From the NCBI GenBank assembly GCA_016748015.1, contig JAAOMT010000222.1:189924-253923 (forward strand): a stretch of 64,000 nucleotides of DNA, written 5' to 3'. The position numbers and the translations under genes are program-made. A model generated the notes under the pieces. That model was not told the DNA's origin. It worked only from the letters and a program-made list of their open reading frames with translations, and searched no databases. Shown here piece after piece: positions 47,332 through 60,812 of the stretch (position 1 is the stretch's first letter; each line of letters starts with the position of its first letter). This stretch comes from Geosiphon pyriformis uo1 (taxonomy: Eukaryota; Fungi; Glomeromycota).

Positions 47332-50300
47332 CTATTTTTAAGGCTTTCTTGTTACTTGGTTCTCACAAAAAACCAATGCCAATACTCAGCAAAGAATTAT
47401 TAGATAGGCACCAGCAAATGCCAGAGAAGATAACACCTTTTTTACTACCTGGTTTGAAATAAAATTTAGAACTTCTATCTTGATATCTAAATGGTGCATG
47501 GAACTAGAAAAAAAAACCCAAGATCCTAGTAAAGTGGTAACTAAATATGCCAAAGCCATCAGAAAGTTAATTAAAAGAGTAGACCCTGAAAGAAACTGGA
47601 CAGAAAAACAAAAGATTCATTTCTTTACAAAAAAATTGAGAACAGATTTGTCCTATGCTTTTTGACTCCTCCTGGCCCTAAAAGACAATCTCACAATGGA
47701 CATGGTCATTGAACTTGTCCAATGAATTAAAGACAACCAAAGAATGCACTTGGAATTCACACTTCTAGTTTTTGCTTCTGCTTCTATTATGGCTCCTGCT
47801 TTCCAAATTGCTGCTATCTCTTTTGCTGCCCAAACTTAAGACCCAAATGAACAGTTAATAGATAGACTTACAGTTAATCTTGCCCAATTACTGGAACCTT
47901 AGTCCAAGCAGTCAGAGAAAATCAACAACTCCAAAAATCCAGATTTGAATCTCATTTTAATTAATTTCAGCAACTTTCTTATCAAAGATAACAAAATTAT
48001 AGTCCACCTGTGTGTTATTACTGTGAATTAACTGAACATTTCTCCAGAGATTGCAACAATTTTCTCCTGTCTTCTTCAGTTCCCAGAAACAATAACAATC
48101 AAAACAACAGAACCATCAACAACAATGTCTCTAACCAAAGACCCAATCATGCCAACATCAATTTCTTTGGAGAGAATTTCTTAGTTGAAGCCACTGTTTA
48201 TTAGTCTTTAAACTGGTAGGTGCATTTCCAAAGAGTAAAAGTACAAGCCAACCAGAAGAAAACCTTTTTTATGCTTTTAATCTAACTAATAATGACCATG
48301 ACATAGATGAACTAGCAATCAATACTTCTGAATTAACAAAAAAGAAAAAAAAGTCAAGGTTGATTTCATTATAGATTCAAAGAAAGCCTCCACATCAACT
48401 GCTGATAACAATGAGTCACCAAAGACTAAAGTTTTTAAAATTCTCCAAAGTTGGAATCTCCAGAAATTGTACAAAAATCTGGACTCTATTCTGTTGTTAA
48501 AAATCTCATGAAAACACCTGCTTACATTACCTTTGACCAGTTAATAACTCATCTCCAATTCAAAAAAAACTTTTACAAATCTTTGATTTCTAAGAAAAAA
48601 ACACCAAAAACTAACAAACACCCATGTCAAGCTGGACTTGTTGACAACAGCAATATTACTCCTCTCATTTGTAAAGCCCAAGTGGCTGATTATTTTATCA
48701 ATTTGATCCTGAACAATGGATTATTTGTTAGCATTATTGCCAAACACTTTTTAGAAGCAATTGGCAGAAAGATTAATGAACTGTTCACAAGATCAATAAC
48801 CAATGTACATAGTGACAAGAAAAAAAATCTGGGCATAGCCAAAGTTGTTTCTGTCCAAATCAATGACATTAGCATTAAAACTGACATGGAAGTATTTAAA
48901 GCAAAAGAATACACCATAATAATTGACAATGAATGGCTTAAGAAAACAAAAGTCTTACTTGATTATGAACTCTGTGAACTAATCATCAGATGTGGTAAAA
49001 AACCCATTGTGATTAAGTGCTGTTACTAGACAATCTCTCCAGTATTTAAGCAGAACCAAGAAAAAAACAATTAGATGAATCAGATGATGATAAGAGCAAT
49101 AAAGAAAAAGATCAAGAAAAACAAAAAAAAACTGCTAAACTTACCTATACTATCTTTACCAACAACAGCAAACCATTGGACAATGTTAAAGTTGACAAAG
49201 AAAGAATTATGATAAATAGCAAGCTGATTTGCTGGCTCTACTATGATATTCTCAGAAAAATTTTTGATAAAAAACCTGACAAAAAAGCAAAATACAGTTA
49301 TTGGTAATATGATCCTTATGCCAGATGCTGGTGTAATAAACTTTTGTATTCACTTAATAATGAATGCAAGTCTTGCTTAATCTATTACAAAAATTGGAAG
49401 CTAATTAGTTTAATACCCAGAGAAAAACTAAAAGAAGTACAAAAGTTCTTTGAGAGTGAACTACCTAAAATCTAATCACTAGTTGTAAAACAAAAAAAAC
49501 CTTTTTCTGAAGAAAAAAAAGTAGACATTGAAAATTTGTTGGCTAGAAATAGCCCAGTTATTTCAAAAGAAAGTGATACTTCTGGACAAACCCATATGAT
49601 ACAACACATTATCACCACAAAAAAAACTCATCCCATTTATTTGAAGCCTTATTAATCCAATTAATACAATGATAAGTTTATTAAGAAAGAGATAAACTGG
49701 ATAAAAAATCTTGGATTCATACAAAAAACCAAGAGTAAATGGGCTTTTCCAGTTGTAGTGGTATTTAAGAAAGGTGGAACTCTATGCTTCTGTGTTGACT
49801 ACTGCCAATTAAATGCCATTACTATAAGAGACATGTACCCACTTCCCAAAATTGATGCAATGCTAGATAAATTCAATAGTGCTGCTTTCTTCTTAATTAT
49901 TGACTTAATTGCTGAATTCTGGTAAGTAGAGATAAATTCAGAAAGCAGAAAAAAAACTGCTTTCATTACCAAGTATGGCATCTATGAATTCACAGTTATG
50001 CTTTTTGGTCTCACTAATGCCCTTCTCACCTTTTAATGCCTAATAGACAAAGTATTTGAATTAGTAAAAGAAAACTTTGTTTTGGTCTACTTAGATAACA
50101 TAATGGTTTACTCAAAAACCTGGGATAAACACCTTGAACATTTACAAAAGGTTTTTGACCTGCTCAAAAATGCTGGTCTTAAGATCAACTCAATTAAATC
50201 TTTCTTTGGATGCCAATCCACCCAGTTTCTTGGTCATTTTATTACAAAAAATGGAATCTTCTCTAATCCAGCTAAGATTGAAAAAGTTCAAAACATCAAA

Positions 50301-50961
50301 CAACCAATAAATGTTCCTGAACTATGCTCTTTCCTTGGTTTGGCTTTCTACTATTGCAAATTTATTAAGGATTTCTCTAAAATCGCCTTTCTTCTCAATC
50401 AACTACTCAGAAAAAATGTCAATTATCACTGGAGCACTCATCAACAAAAAGCCTTTGAAATTCTGAAGAAAAAACTTGTTATTAAACCAATTCTCAACCA
50501 ACCTGATCTAGACCAATCTTTTATCCTCTACACTGATACATCTGACTATGAACTTGGTGCTGTCTTTTCACAGAAAGATGAAAATAGCAGAGAATATGTC
50601 ATAGCATATGTCAGTAGATCTCTCACACTAGCAAAAAAAAACTATTCAATTACTAAACAAAAATGCTTAGCAATAATTTAGGCTACTAATTACTGGGATC
50701 AATATTTTCTTGGTGCAAAATTCTTAGTGGTAACAGATTATCAAGCCTTGGTTTGGCTGCACAATAAAAAGAAGCTAGAACACAAATGAATAACTTACTA
50801 AATACTTCACTTGGATGAATTCGACTATGATATTCAATACTGCAAAAGAGCAAATTATCAAAATGCCAATGCTTTTTTTAGACTTACCATCCAGTAATAG
50901 TACAACCTCTCAAACCAAACCAACTTAATTATTAGTAACTCCTTTACAAACAAACATAATA

Positions 50962-52275
50962 ATGGACTTAGACAACTACTCTGCCTTAATGGAATTTTTG
51001 AATAAAAAACAATACCCACCAGAATACACTTAACAGCAAAGAGAACATTTGTGCAAACAATTAAATTTCTATTTGATTTGTCAGAACCAGCTATATAAAA
51101 GAAATAGAAAAGATCCTAACTGCCTCCAGAGAGTTATCAGATTTGAAGAAAGAGAAATTGTAATATACAACATGTATACTAACCCATTAGCTGAACACTT
51201 TAGAAAAACAAAAACAATTCAGAAAACTTTAGCTCACTATTATTGGCCTATCTTGGGAAAAAATATTGCTGAATACATCAAAACCTGTGACATTTGCCAA
51301 AGAAAAAGCAAACCCAATTGCAAAGAAAATATTCATCCAATCTCTGTTGGTCAACTATTTAACAGAATTGGTATAGATGTTGTTAAACCTCTAACAATAA
51401 TTTCTGATGGCAACAGATATATTATTACAGCTACTGACTATCTTACAAAATGAGTAGAAACAAAAGCCACTCCTAACCAAACAGCAGTCTCAATAGCCAA
51501 TTTCATTTATGAAGATATTATTTGCCATCATGGCTGCCCCAAAGAACTTTTATCTAATAGAAGAAGAACTTTTCTCACTATACTGGTTAAAGAACTTTGT
51601 AGAAAAATGGGAATATGTCATAAATTTTTTTCTCCTTATTACTCTCAAACAAATAACTTAGTAGAACGTTTTAATAGAACACCATGTGAAACTCTAGCCA
51701 AAACCAGTAAAAAAACCAACTTATGGGACAAAATACTGCCTTTAGCCTTATTTGCTTATAGAACTGTAAATTATGATATAACAAGTTATAAATCTTTTTA
51801 TCTGTTTTATGGACGCATAACAATACTACCAATAGAAACTAACATTGAGACAATACTCTTTGAAGAGATTATAATAGAAAATTACAAAACCATTTTGCAA
51901 AAAAGACTTGATACTATTCTTGACTTCTTAGTAGAAGCATGAATAATTACTTTTGAAAAAATAAAACAGTTCCAAGAAAAGCTTAAAAAAAAGAAAACCT
52001 ATAAAATATTTTCTTTAAGTATTGATGACTTGGTATTGGAATACTATTTAAATAGAGACAATGTCTATGGTAATAAATTCTCTAGCCAATAAAAAGGACT
52101 CTTTATAATCAACAAAGTTTTAAACAATGATTCTTATATTCTTCAAGATCAATCTGAAACAATCTTCAATGATTGTTCTGTTCACAGTACACGACTCAAG
52201 AAATATCACAAATGGTCTAATTGGTTGCCTGTTGTGGTAATACTGACTCAAATGATCAGCAAAAATCAAGTATAA
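50962..52275 (+). pseudogene. G4 integrase, stand-alone ORF
   Basis: Own ATG (MDLDNYSALMEFL); AEHF..CDIC, GIDVV, TDYLTK, QTNNLVERFNRT. Confidence 0.88.
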
Positions 52276-52316
52276 ATAAATGCACTATTCTCAAAACAAA
52301 GGTATCTTTAATCAAC

Positions 52317-52988
52317 ATGAACAATTATTTTCTGAATCAAAACATTCAAAACATCTTCTATACTCTCCATGAGTATTAGATCAAAAACTATTCAAATGCT
52401 ACTCTGACTATTGAAAAACAAACCACCATAATTGATAACATTAGAACACATACTGTTATTAGACCAAAAAAAACTACCACCAGAAGAGAAAAAATTGGTA
52501 GCAAAATGAATAAATATCTGTTAAAAAGCATAACAGCAGTTATATTTTTATCTTCTAACTCAATTGAAAAAACAATCCAAGAAATCTTGTTTATAGACAA
52601 AAATTTGTTATATGGAAGGCAAATAGAATTCTATGGTTACTTTGGTAAAATTATAGAGGATATGAAACTTATAAAGAAAACAACTTTAGAGATACAAACA
52701 GAAATTTTGGGCATTATATGATTAGATGTCTCAATAGTTTTAACTATTGCTAAAAAAGCCAAAACTCTAATATAAAAATTTGGTTTCTTGGATACAAAAC
52801 TCATTTCATCTTAAGTATTATATATTCTATTCACAAAAAACTTCAACAAACTAGTTAGCTTTGAGTTAAATAAAACTTTTCAAATAGATTACACCATAAA
52901 TAGCTTGATTTTACCAGAGCTCAATCTCTTTGGAAAGGATGATGTTATGATTGAACTTATACTTCTTATTAATTATTACATGTATTAG
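52317..52988 (+). pseudogene. G4 ORF3, about 223 codons with internal stops, overlapping PPT and 3' LTR
   Basis: MNNYFLNQNIQNI..FYGYFGKII..AKKAKTL..PELNLFGKDDVM; same position, length and motif spacing as G2 ORF3. Confidence 0.7.
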
Positions 52989-53586
52989 TCACTGATGTTA
53001 TATAAATTAGCCATTCTATTTTTAGAAAGTGGTCATTGACCTGATCATTGACTACTTTTAATAGCTATATAAGTGATGAATCTCTTAGCTATAGAAAAGC
53101 ATATTAGAAATAAAAAGAAATCAAATAAATAAAATAACAACTTTTATCTTAATCATTTTCTTATCGCTAATTTTTCTTTCTCTACCTTCAAGTATCTGAA
53201 CATCTTGGAATAAAAGATTACTTGTTGGTTATTCCTTATTCTTTTCCTAAAATGTGTAATTACAACATTTGAAGATTATTAAATAAAACATAACTGAAGA
53301 GTATATCTGATATCTGATATTGAATTTTAAAAGCACCAACGTAAGACATAGAATTATACCAGGCATGATCATTTGTTGACAGTATGGACTATTCCTTTAT
53401 CTTTAGATTCTCTGGTTATCTTTTGAAAAGTATAGCAACTGAAATATTTTATGAGATTAATCTTGCATATTGAATCCATACTTATTCAATTTGCTCTTTG
53501 AAGTTGAATTCTTTTTGATTCTTTTCATCACCTTACAATCCTGTTCTCTCTTGCTATCTATTAGCTTGTTACTCCAACCCATAACA
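52943..53586 (+). repeat. G4 3' LTR (644 bp)
   Basis: TGTTATG...CATAACA; preceded by the PPT at 52932-52942. Confidence 0.94.
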
Positions 53587-54579
53587 ATATTAATAAATAA
53601 ATTAGGGTTTAAGATAAAATAGAATTTAAAAAATTTTGGTAGGTTATTTTTAATCACCAAAATTTCACTTAGTTATATATTTTTAACTTTGGTAATTGCT
53701 ATTTTCCAGATTTTATTTTTGTTATATAGATAATTGTTTAATTAAGTAAAAACATAATTATAAATAGCTTACAATAATATTTTTTTTCTTATTTAGTCAT
53801 GAATAAAAATCATGTATTAACATGACTTGTTATATGTTTCTTTTTTTCTCAGAATATTATTTTACTTTTTATTATTTAAAAGAGTTTTTTTACAAGCTAA
53901 ACAAAGTTTATTATCTTTTTTTCTTTGTTTTTTTAAGTAGCCAAATTATTCAAAAACATATAAACAACAATAATATTTGATAATTATAGAGTATTTTTTG
54001 TTACTACTACAACAAATATTTATAAACAAGAGTTTTTTTTATAATTAATACAGATTAACTTTAATCATTAATAGTATGAGTTTTTATAAATATTATATGA
54101 TTGTTGTAGAATAATTGTGTTGTTTTTTTTAGTATAGTAGTATATATAAGAAGATTATAACTTATGGCTCATCTTTTTTTTTAAATAAATATTAGTAATA
54201 ATTTATTGTAATCTTCTTCTGTTTATAAAACTTAATAAACTTGATCAAAAATGTAATGTATATGGCTGTTTTGAAGTGTTTACAAATAGCTAAAACCCAA
54301 ATGTACTGATTATTATAATTAAACTGTAGTTTTTAAATATTCTAATTAAGCATAATATTAGTTTTAAATAGTTAGTTATTACTAATAAAAGCTTAATATT
54401 GTATAAATTTTAGAATAAAAACTCTAATAAATATAATAATGCTATTAATTTTTAAAAAAAGTCATTAATTTTGTTAATAAAAATTTTGATTATTTTATTA
54501 GCAATAATAATATATATACTAACAGCTTTATTAACTTAGTAACTTAGTTAATCTATAAGTTGTTTTGTAATAATACAAT

Positions 54580-56133
54580 TAAATAATCTAATATAACTTT
54601 TTTAAAAAGTCTTTTTAATACATTTTTTATTATTTAACTCTTATTGTCAACAAAAGTTTTTATGTATTTAATAATAACAATTTTAATACAGAAATTTTTA
54701 ACAGTTTTAAATTCTGACAACTTATAACATCTGTAAATTTTTTTAGAATAGGTCAATAATTGTTTAATTAAGACTTTATTATAACTATTATTAAAAACAT
54801 TTTTGAATTTTACTGTTAAATTAAGATCCAAAAAAATCTACTTAATAATTAAAACCTTTAAAATTCTTAACACTAACAATTTTAGTCTATAAAACTTAAA
54901 AAATACAGTATTTTTGACTATTTTATTATTTTAATACTATGTCTTTAAAAGAACAACATTAATTAAGAAGCATACTATCCTACTAAGCAACTGTTATATT
55001 CTATTAAAATCAACATTTTTCTTGTAATTATTAAAGTTTTTAACAGCAGTTAAAACAGCAGCCAATAACAAACTTCCAAACTTTTTTATTAACTCTGTAA
55101 ATTTTGTATTTTTATTTGTTTCTGATGATTTATTTATGTACTAAATTAAGTTGAAAATTAAAAAGTTCTCTAAAACCAATGTTTACTAATATGACAAAAT
55201 AATCAGTATCAAAAAATTCATCTGAATAATAGATTTATTGATTAAAAAATAAACTTTAAAAATTATTACTAAACAAAACAAAATCTATGTATTTTTTAAT
55301 TTTCTTAGAATTAAATCACATAAAGAGCTTGTATAATAAAAAATTACTAAAAAAATCAAACAAACTCATATTTAAAAATTTTTTGAAGCTTATATTGTGA
55401 CCAGAATTATTTTTATTAAAGTTATTATTAAGAACTACAAATATACTATTATTTAAAGCTTTAGTTATTATTGAATTAATATTACAGAACTGGGTCAATT
55501 TTTTTTCAAAGTTGTATCAGCATATAAACCCAAAATAGAAACTAAAAAACAATTTTTAAACAACAAATGTATAGAAAAAAGTTGACTAATCATTTTGATA
55601 CTTTGTATATATGTTTAGCAATATTATTATTAATTATTACTACAACATTAAAACCCAAATAATTAGAGTTAATCTCTAAAGTAAAAACTCTAATTCTCTT
55701 AAATCTGCTCATAATTCAAAAATAAATCTTATTTTTCAGTTTTGTTTTTATTATAATAGATACAAAATTGCTTTTATTTTTGTGTCAATAGATAATATTT
55801 TCTTGTTTAACAGAATTGTTTATCTTCTTAATATTACATGTTGCAATTTTCCAAATAAAACTGGTTATTGAGAAAAACAAGAACCCAAAACCAAACCAAG
55901 ATTGTCTATTTTAGCCAGAAGCCCCAAAATTATATCTAATAATTTTTTTATGTTATTTTTTAATTTCAAAAAACTCAACAAATCTAAAAACACTGTTTTT
56001 ACTATAGCCTTACTATTAATGACTACACTTAACTTTTTACTTATTACTGTATTTATTTCTTAATTTTGTGATAAAAAAATTACTAATAGCTAACATCTAA
56101 AGCTAGACTGAAAAACCATTGGCCTAAGTATAT
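54580..56133 (-). mobile_element. LINE C relic (end of ORF1, endonuclease, linker); interrupted on the right by G6 and truncated on the left
   Basis: Reverse complement of 55780-55870 matches the LINE B ORF1/ORF2 junction; 54580-54640 matches LINE B ~15800-15855. Confidence 0.72.
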
Positions 56134-56560
56134 TGTTACTTATAGAAATTAGGAATTATAATAATAGGTAAAATAGCCAATTAGAAATAAACATAATAAA
56201 ATGAAAAATTCCAGAATTTTCTTGGAGAATTACAAGATTCTTTAGAAATCTCATATAACACAAAAATTATGTATATATAGTGAAAATATTAGAAACAAAA
56301 AAGTATTCAGAATTTGATAGAATTAGAATTCCAATACCCTTTCTTCAAAAAATAGTTTTCTATAATTTGAAGTGAAAACCCATTAATATTAATAAAATAT
56401 CTAATTATTATACAATTTATGTTATTGTTACTTGATTAAAAATATTAATTACTTTCATATTATCAATACTCTATATTGATAGAATCTAATACTTAATCAT
56501 ATTGAACCAATAATTTTTAATCATAACTATTGATGAAATACTAATTTCTTATTTTCTTTT

Positions 56561-56591
<31 letters not shown>

Positions 56592-56910
56592 ATTTTTTTT
56601 TTTGTTGTTTACTAATTGATTAAAAAAATTAAGTATTAAGTATTTGACATTAAAAATAGCCTAGTAAAAAACCTAAGAATAAAAGTAAAAATTTAAAAAT
56701 AACTTACCAAAAGAGCATAACTGCTAAAATAAACTGGTCACTACACTGAAAAAAAAAATTCATAAAAAAACCATTAATTGAATTTTTGTTTATTATACAA
56801 AAGACTTAACCAAAACTTTTAGCCTTTAAAACCTATAGAAATTACCAATATTAAGCATTAAATTACAGGTTTGTTATTTGTTCTAACACTCCAAATAATT
56901 ACTTATAACA
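56134..56910 (+). repeat. G6 putative 5' LTR
   Basis: TGTTAC start where LINE C homology stops; TAACA end followed by the PBS. The partner LTR is outside the window. Confidence 0.65.
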
Positions 56911-59900
56911 TTTGGTGCTTCTTGTGAGATATAATTCAATAAAAAACTAACATTAATATTAACCATCCAGAAAAGTGGCAAACCAAGAAATCATAAGAAA
57001 AAATTATTTAGAATTTGTAAAATTTTTATTTCAATATTACCAAATTTACCTTGGGCTAAAAAGTAATTATTGGTCAACAGAATCTGCTTTTAATTTTTAT
57101 GTTAACAAAAAAATTAAATCTTACTTGAAAAACCAAAGAGATTTAAAAATTGCTTTTAACAATTTTTATAATAAATTACTCCAAAACACTACACTTCTAC
57201 CAAACCATTTGTTTGTATTACTAATTACAAAAATAAACAGAGAAATTAAAAAGTACACTTAATAGAAATTTCTTATTACTTTTGCAAACAAAGAGAAATT
57301 ATAAATGTTAATAAGAACACTAAGAAAAATACAACTATCTACTTGAAAAAAACCAAGATTTGTTTTAATCATTTACTTATTATATTATTATATACTAAGA
57401 AATACTATCTATATATTATCAAAATTCACATTACTATTAACTATAAAAATATTATTATTCTAAGTTCTGTTTTAAAATAATTAGAAGAAAGCCAAATTAT
57501 TAGAAATCTATGATAATTATTTTGAAAAATTTAAATTACAACCAACAACACTATTAGAATTTAGATTACTGCTATCTCAATCAAATTTTGGATCTACCAG
57601 CTATTGAAAAGATACTGAATTAGAAGAAAAAGAAGACAGTAATCAAAAAAATTATACTCAAAATCTAATTTCAAATAACCCAAAAATACAAACTCTGATT
57701 GTTTAAACTTTACAAAACCTAAACAATCCAAACTCTGTTTTTATTATTTAGCAAAACTTATTTTCAATAATTGTAATAGATTTACCAATTGTATTAATTG
57801 TCACATCACAACAACAGCTTCAACAAAAATCTCAACAACAATCACAATAACAACAACTTGCATTAATGACATATGTACCAATTATTAAACTTGAAAAATT
57901 TACCAGCAAAGAAAACAACTCTTAAGCATAGTTGAATAATATAGCCAAAGTAATTACAGTCAATAACTGAGATAATATTAGAGCTTTTTAAATTATTCTT
58001 TATTTTTTACAAGATACTGCCAATTCATGATATTATAATCTAATCAACAAGCTGCAAATCTTTAATGTGTTTAAAACCACATTTCTATAATATTTTAACA
58101 ATTACAATAGCATTAATCATCTGTTAATTAGCCTTACTACCATCAAACAGAGCAATACCAAAGCAATTCCTACTTACTTGGAATGTTTTCACAAAAATCT
58201 GCATCAGATTTATGCAATCTAAGCTGAATATTTTATAACAGCACAGATTTTAAACCAGTTTATTCATGGATTACACAGTAACTTGTTACAATAAGTATGC
58301 CTAATGTGCCCAAATACTCTTCAAAATACAATCACACATATTAAAAATTTTGAATTAGCTGAACTTAAAGCCAACTATATCTAAGTCATAAATTTAGTGT
58401 TGAACAAATCATCTAAACTGGATACCAAATTAAAGCAATTTGATAAAGCCATTAATCAAAAAATTAAGGAATACTTAGCTAACAATTAAGCCATTTATTA
58501 GCTTTCACAATATTGTAACAATTAAGAAAACTCTAATTGGTTCTAAAATCAATCATGTCTATTTTTCTCATCAACCAGTCAATTATGGCAGCAAGAGACA
58601 TGTATTTGCTACTATTGTGGTAAACAAAAATACTTAAAATTAGACTGCCACTTTAGATTAAATAATTAATGATTAGGAAATCAATTCAGAAATTCTGATT
58701 ACTAGCTTCAAACTCTGAATTATACACAGAATTAAGAACAATATCAGTCATATTACTTCCAAATAATACAACAATCTATATATATATCTTTAGTCTTAAT
58801 AATTTATTAACAGTTACAGCCACAAGTAATTTATTAACTCCAACATATTCAAGTGCCATCTCAAATTACTGTGTTAATATTTATTGAAAGTTTAAGACTA
58901 AAAATCACATACATCCAGCAGAATTAGAAATTGGTAATAATAATGCACCAATCAATTTACAATTCTTTAAACCAGTCATCAAAATTATGCTAATGAAATT
59001 TGAAAAGTGAATACACCCAAAATTTGAATTTCCAAAATTATTTAAGTCTTTTGGTTATTTCAGAAACCAACTTATTTAACAACTTAGAAACCAATCCAAA
59101 AATACTACTTATTAATAATATTTTATTAGCAACTATTACTAAAAACAAGTTACTTATAACTATATTTTCTTTTGAATTAAAAAAATTAACAATACCATCT
59201 CTATTTAGTGGAGCTGTTTTTAATACCAAATTAATCACTATCATGTATACTAATACCAAAGTAGATGGCCAATCTATTAAGCTAATCTTTGATAATAGTT
59301 TAACAAACAGCATTATTACATGACAATTTATGAACCAATTAAGTTGCCAAGTTAATTATGCTACTAATACTAGAATTATTTCTGTTGATAGAGCCATCAA
59401 GAATTTTATTGGCAAAATTGATGACTTTTTTTTGATGTTAATAACATTATAACACTAATTAAAGTATTGATAATAGAAGTCATATAGTACTAAGTTTTTA
59501 TTAATAATAACTGGTTGTCCAAAACCAATACCATATTTAATTGAAACACTTAAGAGCTTTAGTTAACATTTAATGATTAGCATACTCAAGTGTTCACCAC
59601 TTGTGGATACTTTAAAGTTTCTTTAAAAAAGCAATTATTAATTAAGTTGGAGAAAAAAAAAATCTATTTAAAAAGTTTTTCAAGTTTTATGAACTGAAAA
59701 CAAATACAATAAATTACTGCCAATATTTTTTTGAGACAATAAAGAAAAATAAAAAGAAAAAAATAAATCAGAAGTCACCACAGTTATTGAAAAATAACTA
59801 ATAAATAAAATAGATTATACTCTATTGTTACAAATAAAGTTGGTGGAATATGGTGGTAATATTTGGTGCTCAAAATTTGGGTTTTTAGAAAACTTTTTAA

Positions 59901-60232
59901 TAATTTTCTTTTGGCTGGCTTGTTTAATATGTCAATATTATTAGTTTTTAAAGGTTTTTTTAATTGTTATGAAATTTACCAGTAAAGTTTTTTGGTTATA
60001 AGACACAGAAAGTTTACTTTTGTATTTTGCAATCTTTTGTTGTAAATGTGAACTATTTTTTCTAAGTTAACAACTACACTTGTTAAAATCTAGCAGTGTT
60101 TTTTCATTTTTCTAATAAGCTACTAAGATAATTTTAATATTCAACCTAAAGAGAGCCTCCCTTTTTTATCAGGCTATCATGAAGTTTATTCCTAAACAAT
60201 CAATTTTTCTATGTTGTCACTTTACAAGAAAG

Positions 60233-60280
60233 AATAAAATAAAATAAAAAATAAAATAAAATAAAATAAAATAAAATAAA
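60233..60280 (+). repeat. (AAAAT)n microsatellite in the solo LTR
   Basis: Read directly. Confidence 0.9.
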
Positions 60281-60699
60281 AGAAGATAAATTAGTATCAT
60301 TAATTGCCATAATCAAAAGTTATTGGTCCAAATTATAATAGTTTGAGGCTATTTTATGTTAAGAGCATCTGGCTGAAAACAAAGATAAAAACAAGATTAA
60401 TTTAGTAAAAATACATAAATACAAAAATTATATAGACATAGATTTCAAATTTGTTAATATTTTTTTTATTTTAGTAAGATAAAATTTAAAAAAAGACAAG
60501 AAATATATAACAAATATAGGTAGAAGGAAGTTAATTCTTTTTTTGCTGTTCTTCTAACTTCTACAACTATTTATTTTTATATATTCTTTTTGGTTCTACA
60601 GAATTGTCTTTTTAATTGTTTTGTTCTTGCTATCTATTGCTTTACTATTTCTGTTATTGCTTTATTATTACTAGTTATTCTATGTTTTAACTAATTATT

Positions 60700-60812
60700 T
60701 TGTGCTATAACATGTTATCAAGTTTTGTATTATGTTATTCTGAGTTATTACATGTTATTCTGTGTTTTTTTATGTTATCTTGTGTTATTTTATGTTATTA
60801 CATTTTTGGTTA
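60700..60812 (+). repeat. Degenerate 10-bp tandem repeat (TRTGTTATTY) in the solo LTR
   Basis: About 11 units visible in 10-nt register. Confidence 0.75.

Larger units (their letters stand above)
37184..50897 (+). pseudogene. G4 gag-pol (37184-37852 + 47332-50897), disrupted
   Basis: DPIE*LDDFEKAATAN capsid motif continues across G3 (VGGY/F); CCHC CYYCELTEHFSRDC; protease region; RT VYLDNI; RNase H YTDTS; ends RLTIQ-TAA-TAG. Confidence 0.88.
36425..53586 (+). mobile_element. G4: full-length Ty3/Gypsy-like element of a different family (no dUTPase), interrupted by G3
   Basis: LTRs 36425-37131 and 52943-53586, TSD ATAT (36421-36424 / 53587-53590), PBS, PPT GGAAAGGATGA. Confidence 0.94.
30950..54580 (-). 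mobile_element. G5: heavily decayed Gypsy relic in pieces (~30950-32284, 34556-36424, 53587-54580); host of the ORF1-only element and of G4
   Basis: Reverse complement aligns to G6: protease 54290-54580, Cys-rich 53590-54150, dUTPase/RT 34560-36420, RNase H 31860-32284. Sequence is continuous across both insertions; outer limits are uncertain. Confidence 0.7.

Noticed and set aside
59862-59872. TTTGGTGCTC PBS-like motif near the solo LTR edge
   Set aside because: Not preceded by a convincing LTR end and no gag follows; it could be chance or a remnant.
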